In this document: positions 55,723-64,000 of the stretch, piece by piece
How positions within the stretch are numbered: the stretch's first letter is position 1
How the letters are laid out: every line of letters begins with the position of its first letter
The notes under the pieces: model-generated
Told to the model about the DNA's origin: nothing
Database searches by the model: none
The model's input: the letters and a program-made list of their open reading frames with translations, nothing else
NCBI GenBank assembly: GCA_963789955.1
Contig: CAWBMV010000034.1
Coordinates: 608,001 to 672,000 of the forward strand
Reading direction: 5' to 3'
Origin: an uncultured Candidatus Rokubacteria bacterium
Lineage (GTDB): Bacteria; Methylomirabilota; Methylomirabilia; Rokubacteriales; CSP1-6
Length of the DNA: 64,000 nucleotides
Program-made: the position numbers and the translations under genes

Positions 55723-56511
55723 ATGCCGATCGACGCGCGTCACCCGCGGGAAATCCGGCAGGACATCCGGCGCGGCAAGCTGACGGGAATCACCGCGGGC
55801 CTTGGCCAGAACTTCGTCCAGGCCAACCTGGCGGTGCTCCCGAAGGAGCAGGCGTACGACTTCCTGTTGTTCTGCCAGCGTAATCCGCGACCGTGCCCGC
55901 TGATCGAGGTGACCGACGTCGGCTCGCCCGAGCCGGTGGGCGTGGCGCCCGGCGCGGATCTCCGGACCGACATCCCGCGCTACCGGATCTACAAGGACGG
56001 TGTCCTCGCCGACGAAGTGACCGACGCGACACCGTACTGGCGCGACGACCTGGTGGCGTTCCTGCTGGGGTGCTCGTTCACCTTCGAGTGGGCGCTGCTC
56101 GAGGCCGGCATCAAGCTCTGGCACGTCGACCACGGCAAGAACGTCGCGATGTGGAAGACGTCGACACAATGCCGGCCCGCGGGAGTCTTCCACGGGCCGA
56201 TGGTCGTGTCGATGCGGCCGATCCCGGCGGCGCAGCTCGCGAAGGCGGTGACGGCGAGCGCCCGGTTTCCCGGCGCCCACGGCGCGCCGGTGCACGTCGG
56301 CGATCCCGCCGCCATCGGCATCGCGGACATCGCGCGCCCCGACTGGGGCGACGCGCAGGAGTTCGCGCGCGGCGACGTGCCGGTGTTCTGGGCGTGCGGC
56401 GTCACGCCTCAGGCCGTCGCGCTCGCGTCGCGTCCGCCGTTCATGATCACGCACAGCCCGGGGCACATGTTCATCACCGACGTTCCGAACTCCGCGCTGG
56501 CGGCGATCTAG
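55723..56511 (+). CDS. DUF1445 putative hydro-lyase (YcsI / D-glutamate cyclase family)
   Basis: QANL, FCQRNPRPCPL, GCSFTFE, VVSMRP, FWACGVTPQ, THSPGHMF. Confidence 0.9.
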   Translation: MPIDARHPREIRQDIRRGKLTGITAGLGQNFVQANLAVLPKEQAYDFLLFCQRNPRPCPLIEVTDVGSPEPVGVAPGADLRTDIPRYRIYKDGVLADEVTDATPYWRDDLVAFLLGCSFTFEWALLEAGIKLWHVDHGKNVAMWKTSTQCRPAGVFHGPMVVSMRPIPAAQLAKAVTASARFPGAHGAPVHVGDPAAIGIADIARPDWGDAQEFARGDVPVFWACGVTPQAVALASRPPFMITHSPGHMFITDVPNSALAAI

Positions 56512-56515
56512 CGCA

Positions 56516-57226
56516 TTGCGGTTTCTGCCGGCAGGCGATCTCGCTGTTTGCGTCGAGCTCGGCGAGGCGATCAGCGTCGAGGTCAACACGCGAGTCCGTG
56601 CGCTCGAGTTCTTGATCCAGCAGAAGGGACTGACCGGCGTCGTCGAGACGGTGCCGGCCTACTCCTCGCTCCTCGTGTACTACGATCCGCGCGCGGTCGG
56701 CTACGAGCCGCTGTGCGCCGCGATCGCCGAGCTGGTCCCGCAGGCGACCACCGCGGTGCTGCCGCCGCCTCGCACGGTCGAGCTGCCCTGCTGCTACGAC
56801 GATCCCGAGCTCGGCTTCGACCTCGCCGCCGCCGCCAAGCGGCTCGACCTCTCGCCGGACGATCTGGCGCAGCTCCACGCCGGCGCCGAGTATCTCGTGT
56901 ACTTCATCGGCTTCACGCCGGGTCTGCCGTACATGACCGGGATGCCCGCGCGGATCAACATCCCGCGGCTCGACACACCGCGCACGAAGACCCCGCCGGG
57001 CAGCGTCGGTATCGGCGGCATCCAGTGCTGCGTCTACTCGGTCGAGAGTCCGGGCGGCTTCTGGATTCTCGGACGTACGCCCGTGCCGCTCTACGACCCG
57101 AGCGCGGCCGAGCCCACGCTCTTGCGACCCGGTGACCGTGTCCGTTTTCGCCGGATCGATCGCGCCGAGTTCGGCGCGATCGGCGCCGCGGTCGCGGCAC
57201 GGAGCTACCGCGCGGTGATCTCGTGA
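56516..57226 (+). CDS. pxpB: 5-oxoprolinase subunit B
   Basis: VPAYSSLLV, IGFTPGLPY, PGSVGIGG, SPGGFWILGRTP. Confidence 0.9.
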   Translation: MRFLPAGDLAVCVELGEAISVEVNTRVRALEFLIQQKGLTGVVETVPAYSSLLVYYDPRAVGYEPLCAAIAELVPQATTAVLPPPRTVELPCCYDDPELGFDLAAAAKRLDLSPDDLAQLHAGAEYLVYFIGFTPGLPYMTGMPARINIPRLDTPRTKTPPGSVGIGGIQCCVYSVESPGGFWILGRTPVPLYDPSAAEPTLLRPGDRVRFRRIDRAEFGAIGAAVAARSYRAVIS

Positions 57227-58158
57227 TCAAGATTCTCGACGCGGGTCCGCAGACGACGGTCCAGGACCTCGGCCGTACCGGGCAGATGCGCTATGGCATT
57301 CCGCCGTCGGGCCCCGTCGATCGCTTCGCGTTCGTGCTGGCCAACCGGCTCGTCGGCAATCCCGACGCCGCAGCCGCGCTCGAGTGCACCTTGATCGGTC
57401 CGCGGTTCGAGGTCACCGCCGCCGGCGCGATCGCCGTCACCGGCGCCGACATGCCGGTGAGCGTGAACGGCCAGGCCGCGGCCGCGTGGACGACGATCGC
57501 GGTGAAGCCGGGTGACGTCGTCAAGCTCGGGCCGGCGCGCACCGGTGTCAGGTCCTACATCGGCTTTGCCGGCGGGCTCGATGTCCCGCTCGTGCTGGGA
57601 TCGCGATCGACGTATCTGCGCGGCCGCGTGGGCGGGTTGCAGGGTCGCGCGCTCAGGAAGGACGACACGCTCGCGACGTTGGCATCCGGTCCGGTCGCGC
57701 CCCGCCGCGTCGCGAAGCAGGCGATCCCGGACTATACGGGCGAGCCGACCGTTCGTGCGATCCTGGGACCCCAGGCCGACCGCTTCACGGCCGGCGGCAT
57801 CCGGGCGCTCTTCGACGGTCGCTACGAGGTGCTGCCGCAGTCGGATCGGATGGGGTCACGCTTGCGCGGGCCGCGGATCGAGCACGCGCGCGGTCACGAC
57901 ATCGTCTCCGACGGGATCGCGCTCGGGTCGATCCAGGTGCCCGGCGACGGACAACCGATCGTGCTGCTGGTCGACCGGCAATCCACGGGTGGCTACACGA
58001 AGATGGCCACGATCTGTTCTAGTGACATCTGGCGCGTCGGCCAGGCGAGACCGGGTCAGTCGCTCCGCTTCCAGCAAATCGGCGTGGAAGAGGCGCACCG
58101 GCTGCTTCGCGAGTCCGACACCGCGCTGGAAGCCGCGGTGAGAGAGGAGATCGCATGA
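57223..58158 (+). CDS. pxpC: 5-oxoprolinase subunit C
   Basis: TVQDLGR, GSRST, SDRMG, GSIQVPGDGQPI, TGGY. Confidence 0.9.
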   Translation: MIKILDAGPQTTVQDLGRTGQMRYGIPPSGPVDRFAFVLANRLVGNPDAAAALECTLIGPRFEVTAAGAIAVTGADMPVSVNGQAAAAWTTIAVKPGDVVKLGPARTGVRSYIGFAGGLDVPLVLGSRSTYLRGRVGGLQGRALRKDDTLATLASGPVAPRRVAKQAIPDYTGEPTVRAILGPQADRFTAGGIRALFDGRYEVLPQSDRMGSRLRGPRIEHARGHDIVSDGIALGSIQVPGDGQPIVLLVDRQSTGGYTKMATICSSDIWRVGQARPGQSLRFQQIGVEEAHRLLRESDTALEAAVREEIA

Positions 58159-59480
58159 GCATCGACAAAGAGCTGAACGAGTACGCCGCGAAATCCGGCC
58201 GCTCGCGCGTCCTGCACGAGGAAGCGCTCGCGGTCATGCCCGGCGGCAACAGCCGCACGACGACCTTCTTCGATCCGTATCCGTTCGCGATCCAGCGGGG
58301 CCAGGGCGCCCACATCTGGGACGCCGACGGCATCGATCGCCTGGATTTCAACGGCAACTACACGAGCTTGATCCTCGGGCACGCGCCGCCGGACGTCGTG
58401 AAGGCCGTGCAGCAGGCCGTCGAGCTCGGCCTGTCGTTTCCGGGACCGACCGAGCACGAGGTGCGGCTGGCCGAGCTCCTGACCCGCCGCGTGCCCTCCG
58501 TCCAGGCGATCCGCTTCACCAACTCGGGAACCGAGGCCACGATGAACGCGGTGCGCCTCGCGCGCGCCTTCACCGGACGGGCGAAGATCGCGAAGTTCGA
58601 GGGCGCCTACCACGGCACGCACGACTGGGTGATGGTGAGCGTCAGCGGCGACGCCAAGTCCGCCGGCAGCCGGCGGCGGCCCAAGCCGGTCGCGTGGTCG
58701 GCGGGAATCCCGCCGGCCGTCCTGAAGCACGTCGTGGTGCTCCCGTGGAACGACGCGGAGGGCTGCGCCGAGATCCTCGAGGCTGAGGCGGGGCAGCTGG
58801 CCTGTCTGATCGTGGATCCGATGATGTGCAACGCCGGCCTGGTCCCGCCGGCCGACGGGTTCCTGGCGCGGCTGCGCGAGATCACCGAGCGCCACAATAT
58901 CGTGCTGATCTTCGACGAGGTCATCTCGTTCCGGACCGCGTGGGGCGGCGCGCAAGAGCGCTTCGGCATCCGACCCGACCTCACGACGTTCGGCAAGATC
59001 ATCGGCGGCGGGCTGCCGGTGGGCGCCTTCGGCGGGCGGCGCGACATCATGGACTTCTACGACCCGCGCAAGGGCGGCGCGCGCATCAGCCACGGCGGCA
59101 CCTTCAACGCGAATCCCGTGACGATGGCCGCCGGCCTCGCGACCATGAACGCGCTCACGCCCGACGCCTACGCGCGCCTCGACGCGCTCGGCGAGCGCCT
59201 CCGCGGCGGCGTCGCGCGCCTGCTCGCGGCGACGCGGCGGCGCGGCCAGGTGACCGGGCTCGGATCGCTGTTCTGGTTACACTGGACGTCGGAGGCGCTG
59301 ACCGATTATCGTTCTGCGCGGCCCAAGGACGGGGAGACGCCGGTGCGCGTGTTCCTCGGGCTCCTGAACGAGGGCATCTTGTTGACCCAGCGGGGACTCG
59401 GCGCGTGCTCCCTCGCGATGACCGACGAGGACGTGGATCGCTTCATCAACGCGCTCGCGCGCGTGCTCGCGCGAGGATAA
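58155..59480 (+). CDS. Class III PLP aminotransferase (glutamate-1-semialdehyde aminomutase-like)
   Basis: NSGTEA, FEGAYHG, FDEVISFR, FGKIIGGGLPVGAFGG, GTFNANP. Confidence 0.88.
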   Translation: MSIDKELNEYAAKSGRSRVLHEEALAVMPGGNSRTTTFFDPYPFAIQRGQGAHIWDADGIDRLDFNGNYTSLILGHAPPDVVKAVQQAVELGLSFPGPTEHEVRLAELLTRRVPSVQAIRFTNSGTEATMNAVRLARAFTGRAKIAKFEGAYHGTHDWVMVSVSGDAKSAGSRRRPKPVAWSAGIPPAVLKHVVVLPWNDAEGCAEILEAEAGQLACLIVDPMMCNAGLVPPADGFLARLREITERHNIVLIFDEVISFRTAWGGAQERFGIRPDLTTFGKIIGGGLPVGAFGGRRDIMDFYDPRKGGARISHGGTFNANPVTMAAGLATMNALTPDAYARLDALGERLRGGVARLLAATRRRGQVTGLGSLFWLHWTSEALTDYRSARPKDGETPVRVFLGLLNEGILLTQRGLGACSLAMTDEDVDRFINALARVLARG

Positions 59481-59490
59481 GGAGCCGACG

Positions 59491-60270
59491 ATGGCCAAGT
59501 TCATCGATCTCAACGCCGATATGGGCGAGAGCTGGGGGCGCTGGACGCTCGGCGCGGACGAGGAGATCATGCCGTACCTCACCTCGGCCAACGTCGCCTG
59601 CGGCTTCCACGCCGGTGATCCGCACGTGATGCGCAAGACCGTCGCGCTGGCGCTGCGCCACGGCGTCGCGATCGGCTCGCATCCGTCGCTGCCGGACCTG
59701 ATGGGCTTCGGGCGGCGCGTGATGGACGTCTCGCCGCAAGAGCTGAAGGACTATCTCTGCTATCAGACCGGCGCGCTCCGCGAGTTCGTTCGCGCCTCGG
59801 GCGGAGAGCTGCAGCACACCAAGCCGCACGGCATCCTCTATTCCATGATCGAGAAGGACGAGGCGCTGGCCACCGCGGTGGCCGAGTCGGCCCGCGAATC
59901 GGGCAAGGACTTGATCCTCATGGCGCTCGGCTCCGGGAAGTACGACCGCACCGCCCGCAAGATGGGCGTGCGGGTGGCGTCGGAGGGCTTCGCCGACCGC
60001 GCGTACAACGTCGATCTCACGCTCGTGTCGCGCAAGCTGCCCAACTCGCTCATCACCGATCCGGAGCGCGCCGCCGCTCAGGCCGTGAAGATGGCGATGG
60101 AAAGCAAGGTGCGCACGATCGACGGCGTCGATATCGACATCTCGGTCCAGACCATCTGCTGCCATGGCGACACGCCCGGAGCGCAGAAGATCGTCCGCGC
60201 CGTCCGCGAAGCGCTCGATCGGGCCGGCTGTCAGGTCAAGCCGCTCCGCGACTTCTTGCCGAAAGCGTGA
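59491..60270 (+). CDS. pxpA: 5-oxoprolinase subunit A (LamB/YcsF)
   Basis: DLNADMGES, ANVACGFHAGD, KPHG, EGFADRAY, HGDTPGA. Confidence 0.92.
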   Translation: MAKFIDLNADMGESWGRWTLGADEEIMPYLTSANVACGFHAGDPHVMRKTVALALRHGVAIGSHPSLPDLMGFGRRVMDVSPQELKDYLCYQTGALREFVRASGGELQHTKPHGILYSMIEKDEALATAVAESARESGKDLILMALGSGKYDRTARKMGVRVASEGFADRAYNVDLTLVSRKLPNSLITDPERAAAQAVKMAMESKVRTIDGVDIDISVQTICCHGDTPGAQKIVRAVREALDRAGCQVKPLRDFLPKA

Positions 60271-60286
60271 GGCGGCGGCGGTCCTC

Positions 60287-61404
60287 GTGACCACAGCGCT
60301 CAAGCGCACGCCGCTCTATCACGAGCACGTCGCGGCCGGTGCGCGGATGGTGCCGTTCGGCGGGTGGGAGATGCCCGTGCAGTACACCGGCATCATCGAG
60401 GAGCACCGCGCGACCCGCGGCGCCGTCGGGCTCTTCGACGTGAGCCACATGGGCGAGTTCGAGGTGGAGGGCCCCGGCGCCCTCGCCGCGCTCCAGCACC
60501 TGACCACCAACGACGTGGCGGCCCTCGAGGTCGGCCAGATCCAGTATTCGGTCCTCTGCTACCCGAACGGCACGATCGTCGACGACCTCACGGTCTATCG
60601 CATGGGCGACGAGCGCTACATGCTCACCGTCAACGCGGGGAACATCGACAAGGACTGGGCGCACGTGACGAAGTCGACGGAGCACGTCAAGGACGCGCAG
60701 TGGCGCAACTCGTCCGAGGGCACGGGCCTCATCGCGGTGCAGGGGCCCAAGGCCGAGGCGCTCGTCGGCCGACTCGCCGACCGCGACGTGACGGCCATCG
60801 GCTACTACCGCTTTGCGCGCGGAACGGTCGGCGAGGTGCCGACGTTGATCTCGCGGACGGGCTACACCGGTGAGGACGGCTTCGAGCTCTACGCGCCCGC
60901 CGACGGGACCGCGCAGCTCTGGAAGGCGCTCCTGGCGGCGGGCCGTGCCGACGGCGCCACCCCGGTCGGGCTCGGCGCCCGCGACACCTTGCGGCTCGAG
61001 ATGAAGTACGCGCTCTACGGCAACGACATCGACGACACCACCAACGCGCTCGAGGCGGGACTCGGCTGGGTCGTCAAGCCCGCCAAGGGCTGAGTTCATC
61101 GGCCGGGAAGCGCTCGAGAAGGTCCGCGCCGAGGGCCTGCGGCGGCGGCTGGTCGGCATCGAGATGGTCGACAAGGCCGTTGCGCGTCATGGTTACCCGA
61201 TCAAGAAAGACGGCCGCGCGGTCGGCGATCGTCACCTCCGGCTCCTACGGCCCCTCGGTCGACAAGTACATCGGGATCGCCTATGTCGAGACCGCGCTCG
61301 CCGCCGTCGGCACCGCGCTCGATGTCGAGATTCGCGGCCAGGACAAGGCGGCCCAGATCGTGCGCACACCGTTCTACGCGTCCAAGGTGAAGAAGGCTGG
61401 CTGA
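60287..61404 (+). CDS. gcvT: Glycine cleavage aminomethyltransferase (frameshifts near 61090 and 61228)
   Basis: MVPFGGWEMPVQY, FDVSHMG, RTGYTGEDGFE, GLGARDTLRLE. Confidence 0.95.
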
Positions 61405-61416
61405 GGCGAGGAGAGA

Positions 61417-61810
61417 ATGGCCAACGTACCCAAGGACCTCAAGTACACGCGCGAGCACGAGTGGGCCAAGCAGGAAGGGGACCGCGTGCGCGTGGGCATC
61501 ACCGCCTACGCGCAGGAGCAGCTCGGCGACGTGGTCTTCGTCGAGCTCCCGAAAGTCGGCGCCAGGGTGACGGCGACCAAGAACTTCGGCGTCGTCGAGT
61601 CGGTGAAGGCGGTGTCCGATCTCTTCGCGCCGATCTCGGGCGAGGTCGCCGAGGTCAACGGCGAGCTCGGACAGAACGCCCGAGATCGTCAACCAGGATC
61701 CCTACGGCAAGGGCTGGATGCTGGTCGTCAAGCCCTCGAGCAAGGGCGAATGGGATCAGCTGCTGACCGCGCAGCAGTACGAGGAGCTCATCGCGCAGGG
61801 AGGCCATTGA
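61417..61810 (+). CDS. gcvH: Glycine cleavage H protein (frameshift near 61675)
   Basis: [35 protein letters not shown] lipoyl-Lys motif. Confidence 0.95.
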
Positions 61811-63160
61811 TGCCCTCGCGCTACATCGCCAACACGCCCGACGAGCAGAAGAAGATGCTCGGCGTGATCGGCGCGGGCTCGCTCGAGGACCTGCTGGTCA
61901 AGATCCCGCCCAAGGCCCGGCTGGCGCGGCCGCTCAGCCTCACCCCGGCCTTGGCCGAGACGGACCTGATCCGGCACATGGCGGCGCTGGCAGGCCGAAA
62001 CGCGAACGCGGAGTCACACGTATCGTTCCTGGGCGGGGGCTCGTACGACCACTACATCCCGAGCCCGATCAACCACATGGTCCTGCGCGGCGAGTTCTTG
62101 ACGGCGTACACGCCCTACCAGCCCGAGGCGAGCCAGGGCACGCTCCGGACGATCTACGAGTACCAGACGATGATCGCCGAGCTGACGGGCATGGACGTCG
62201 CCAACGCGTCGATCTACGACGGCGCGTCGTCGCTGGCCGAGGCGGCCTTGATGGCCCACTCGGTCACGGAGCGGCGCGAGATCGTGCTCTCGCGCGCGCG
62301 TGCACCCGCTCTACAAGCGCGTCACCGCGACCTACTGCGAGGGACCGGGCGTGCGGCTTCGCGACGTGCCGGCCCCCGACGGCGTCACGGACCTCGCCGC
62401 CGCGCGGCAGCTCGTCAACGCGAAGACGGCGGCGCTGGTCGTGCAGACGCCGAACTTCTACGGCTGCCTCGAGGACGTCGCCGCCGCGGCCGAGGTCGCG
62501 CACGCGGCCGGCGCGCTCCTGGTGGTGGTCGCCGACCCGGTGAACCTCGGCGTGCTCGAGGGGCCCGGCAAGCTCGGCGCCGACATCGTCGTGGGCGAGG
62601 GCCAGGGGCTCGGCGTGCCGGTGGGCTTCGGTGGCCCGAATCTCGGCGTCTTCGCCGCCAAGAACGAGCTCGTGCGCCGCATGCCCGGGCGGCTGGTCGG
62701 CGCCACGGTCGATCGCGACGGCAAGCGCGGATTCGTGCTGACCCTGCAGACTCGCGAGCAGCACATCCGCCGGGCGAAGGCGACGTCCAACATCTGCACC
62801 AACGTCGCGCTCTGCGCCCTCATGGCGACCATCTATCTCGCGACGCTCGGGCGCAGAGGGCTCGTCAAGGTCGGCGAGCTCTCGACGGCCAAGGCCCACT
62901 ACGCGGCCGAGCGCCTGGCGAAGGTGCCGGGGGTCTCGCTCCGCTTCGCGGCGCCGTTCTTCAAGGAGTTCGCGCTCAAGCTGCCGAAGGCGCCCGATCG
63001 CCTGATGCCGCGGCTGGCCAAGCAGGGGTTCCTCGCCGGCGTTCCGCTCAAGACCTTCGACCGCGCCCTGGCCGACTGCCTGCTGGTGGCGGTGACCGAG
63101 AAGCGGACGAAGGCCGAGATCGACGCCTTCGCGGCGGCGCTCGAGAAGGCGGTGGCGTGA
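61810..63160 (+). CDS. gcvPA: Glycine dehydrogenase subunit 1 (frameshift near 62295)
   Basis: [38 protein letters not shown]. Confidence 0.95.
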
Positions 63161-64000
63161 TGGCCGACGCCTACGACAAGCTGATCTTCGAGCTCTCCTC
63201 GCCCGGCCGGGTCGCCTGGTCCTTACCGGAGGCCGACGTGCCCGAGGCCGACGCGCGCAAGCTCCTGCCGGCCAAGCATCTCCGGCGCGACGCGCCCGAT
63301 CTGCCCGAGGTCTCCGAGTTCGACGTGGTCCGCCACTACTCGCGCCTGTCGCGAATGAACTACGGACTCGACACGCATTTCTATCCGCTCGGCTCGTGCA
63401 CGATGAAGTACAACCCGAAGCTCAACGAGGACATGGCGCGGCTGGCCGGCTTCGCCAAGGTGCATCCGTTGTCGCCCGAAGCGTCGGCGCAGGGCGCGCT
63501 CCAGCTCATGCACGAGCTGGCGCGGGACCTCGCCGAGATCGCGGGGATGGACGCCGTCTCGCTCCAGCCCGCGGCCGGCGCCCAGGGCGAGCTGGCCGGA
63601 GTCCTCATGATCCGCGCCTACCACCAGTCGCGGAACGAGAAGCGGACGAAGGTGCTCGTGCCCGACTCGGCGCACGGGACCAACCCCGCGTCGACCGCGA
63701 TCGCCGGCTACGAGGTCGTCGAGGTGAAGTCGCTGCCGAACGGCGAGGTCGACGTGGACGCGCTCGCGCGCACGCTCGACACCGACGTGGCCGCGTTCAT
63801 GATCACCGTGCCGAACACGCTCGGCATGTTCGAGCCGCGCATCGTCGAGATCACCGAGCTGTGCCACGCCAAGGGCGTGCAGGTCTACATGGACGGCGCC
63901 AACCTGAACGCGATTCTCGGCATCACGCGTCCGGGCGATCTCGGCTTCGACGTCTGCCACTTCAACCTGCACAAGACCTTCACGACGCCGCACGGCGGCG
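63160..64000 (+). CDS. gcvPB: Glycine dehydrogenase subunit 2 (3' truncated by window edge)
   Basis: [42 protein letters not shown]. Confidence 0.95.
   Translation, partial: MADAYDKLIFELSSPGRVAWSLPEADVPEADARKLLPAKHLRRDAPDLPEVSEFDVVRHYSRLSRMNYGLDTHFYPLGSCTMKYNPKLNEDMARLAGFAKVHPLSPEASAQGALQLMHELARDLAEIAGMDAVSLQPAAGAQGELAGVLMIRAYHQSRNEKRTKVLVPDSAHGTNPASTAIAGYEVVEVKSLPNGEVDVDALARTLDTDVAAFMITVPNTLGMFEPRIVEITELCHAKGVQVYMDGANLNAILGITRPGDLGFDVCHFNLHKTFTTPHGG

Noticed and set aside
60271..60286. Glycine riboswitch before gcvT
   Set aside because: Only 16 bp of intergenic space
61088..61096. TGA in gcvT as selenocysteine or readthrough
   Set aside because: The downstream GcvT sequence is in another frame, so it is a 1-bp insertion and not an in-frame stop

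Overview
High-GC bacterial chromosomal segment, densely coding. It is from a diderm (BamD, O-antigen ligase, LptM-like lipoprotein) and, by unverified inference from gene style, is Rokubacteria/Methylomirabilota-like. Contents in order: a surface-glycan cluster with three SAM methyltransferases (1-10.5 kb); catabolic and transport genes (11-22 kb); a long minus-strand run mltG-acyltransferase-argH-FN3 lipoprotein-lysA-dapA-dapB-FAH-folB-folK-ECF sigma/anti-sigma; a stand-alone divergent rpoA; dapL; comEA/comEC; an aminotransferase-hom-thrC-lysC cluster; an M23 peptidase behind a sigma54/IHF promoter; bamD-ltaE-oppDF; and a DUF1445-pxpBC-aminotransferase-pxpA-gcvTHP run. About 18 genes, many housekeeping, carry small frameshifts that are most likely long-read indel errors. 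Top finding: an orphan RNA polymerase alpha subunit outside the ribosomal alpha operon. It has an intact CTD but changes in the assembly domain, consistent with a specialised alpha paralog or heterodimeric RNAP. Also notable: frequent leaderless-type promoters (one bidirectional), an LptM-like/FN3 fusion lipoprotein, a probable FAH pseudoenzyme and three different palindromic intergenic elements. No tRNA, rRNA, CRISPR array or transposase was seen.
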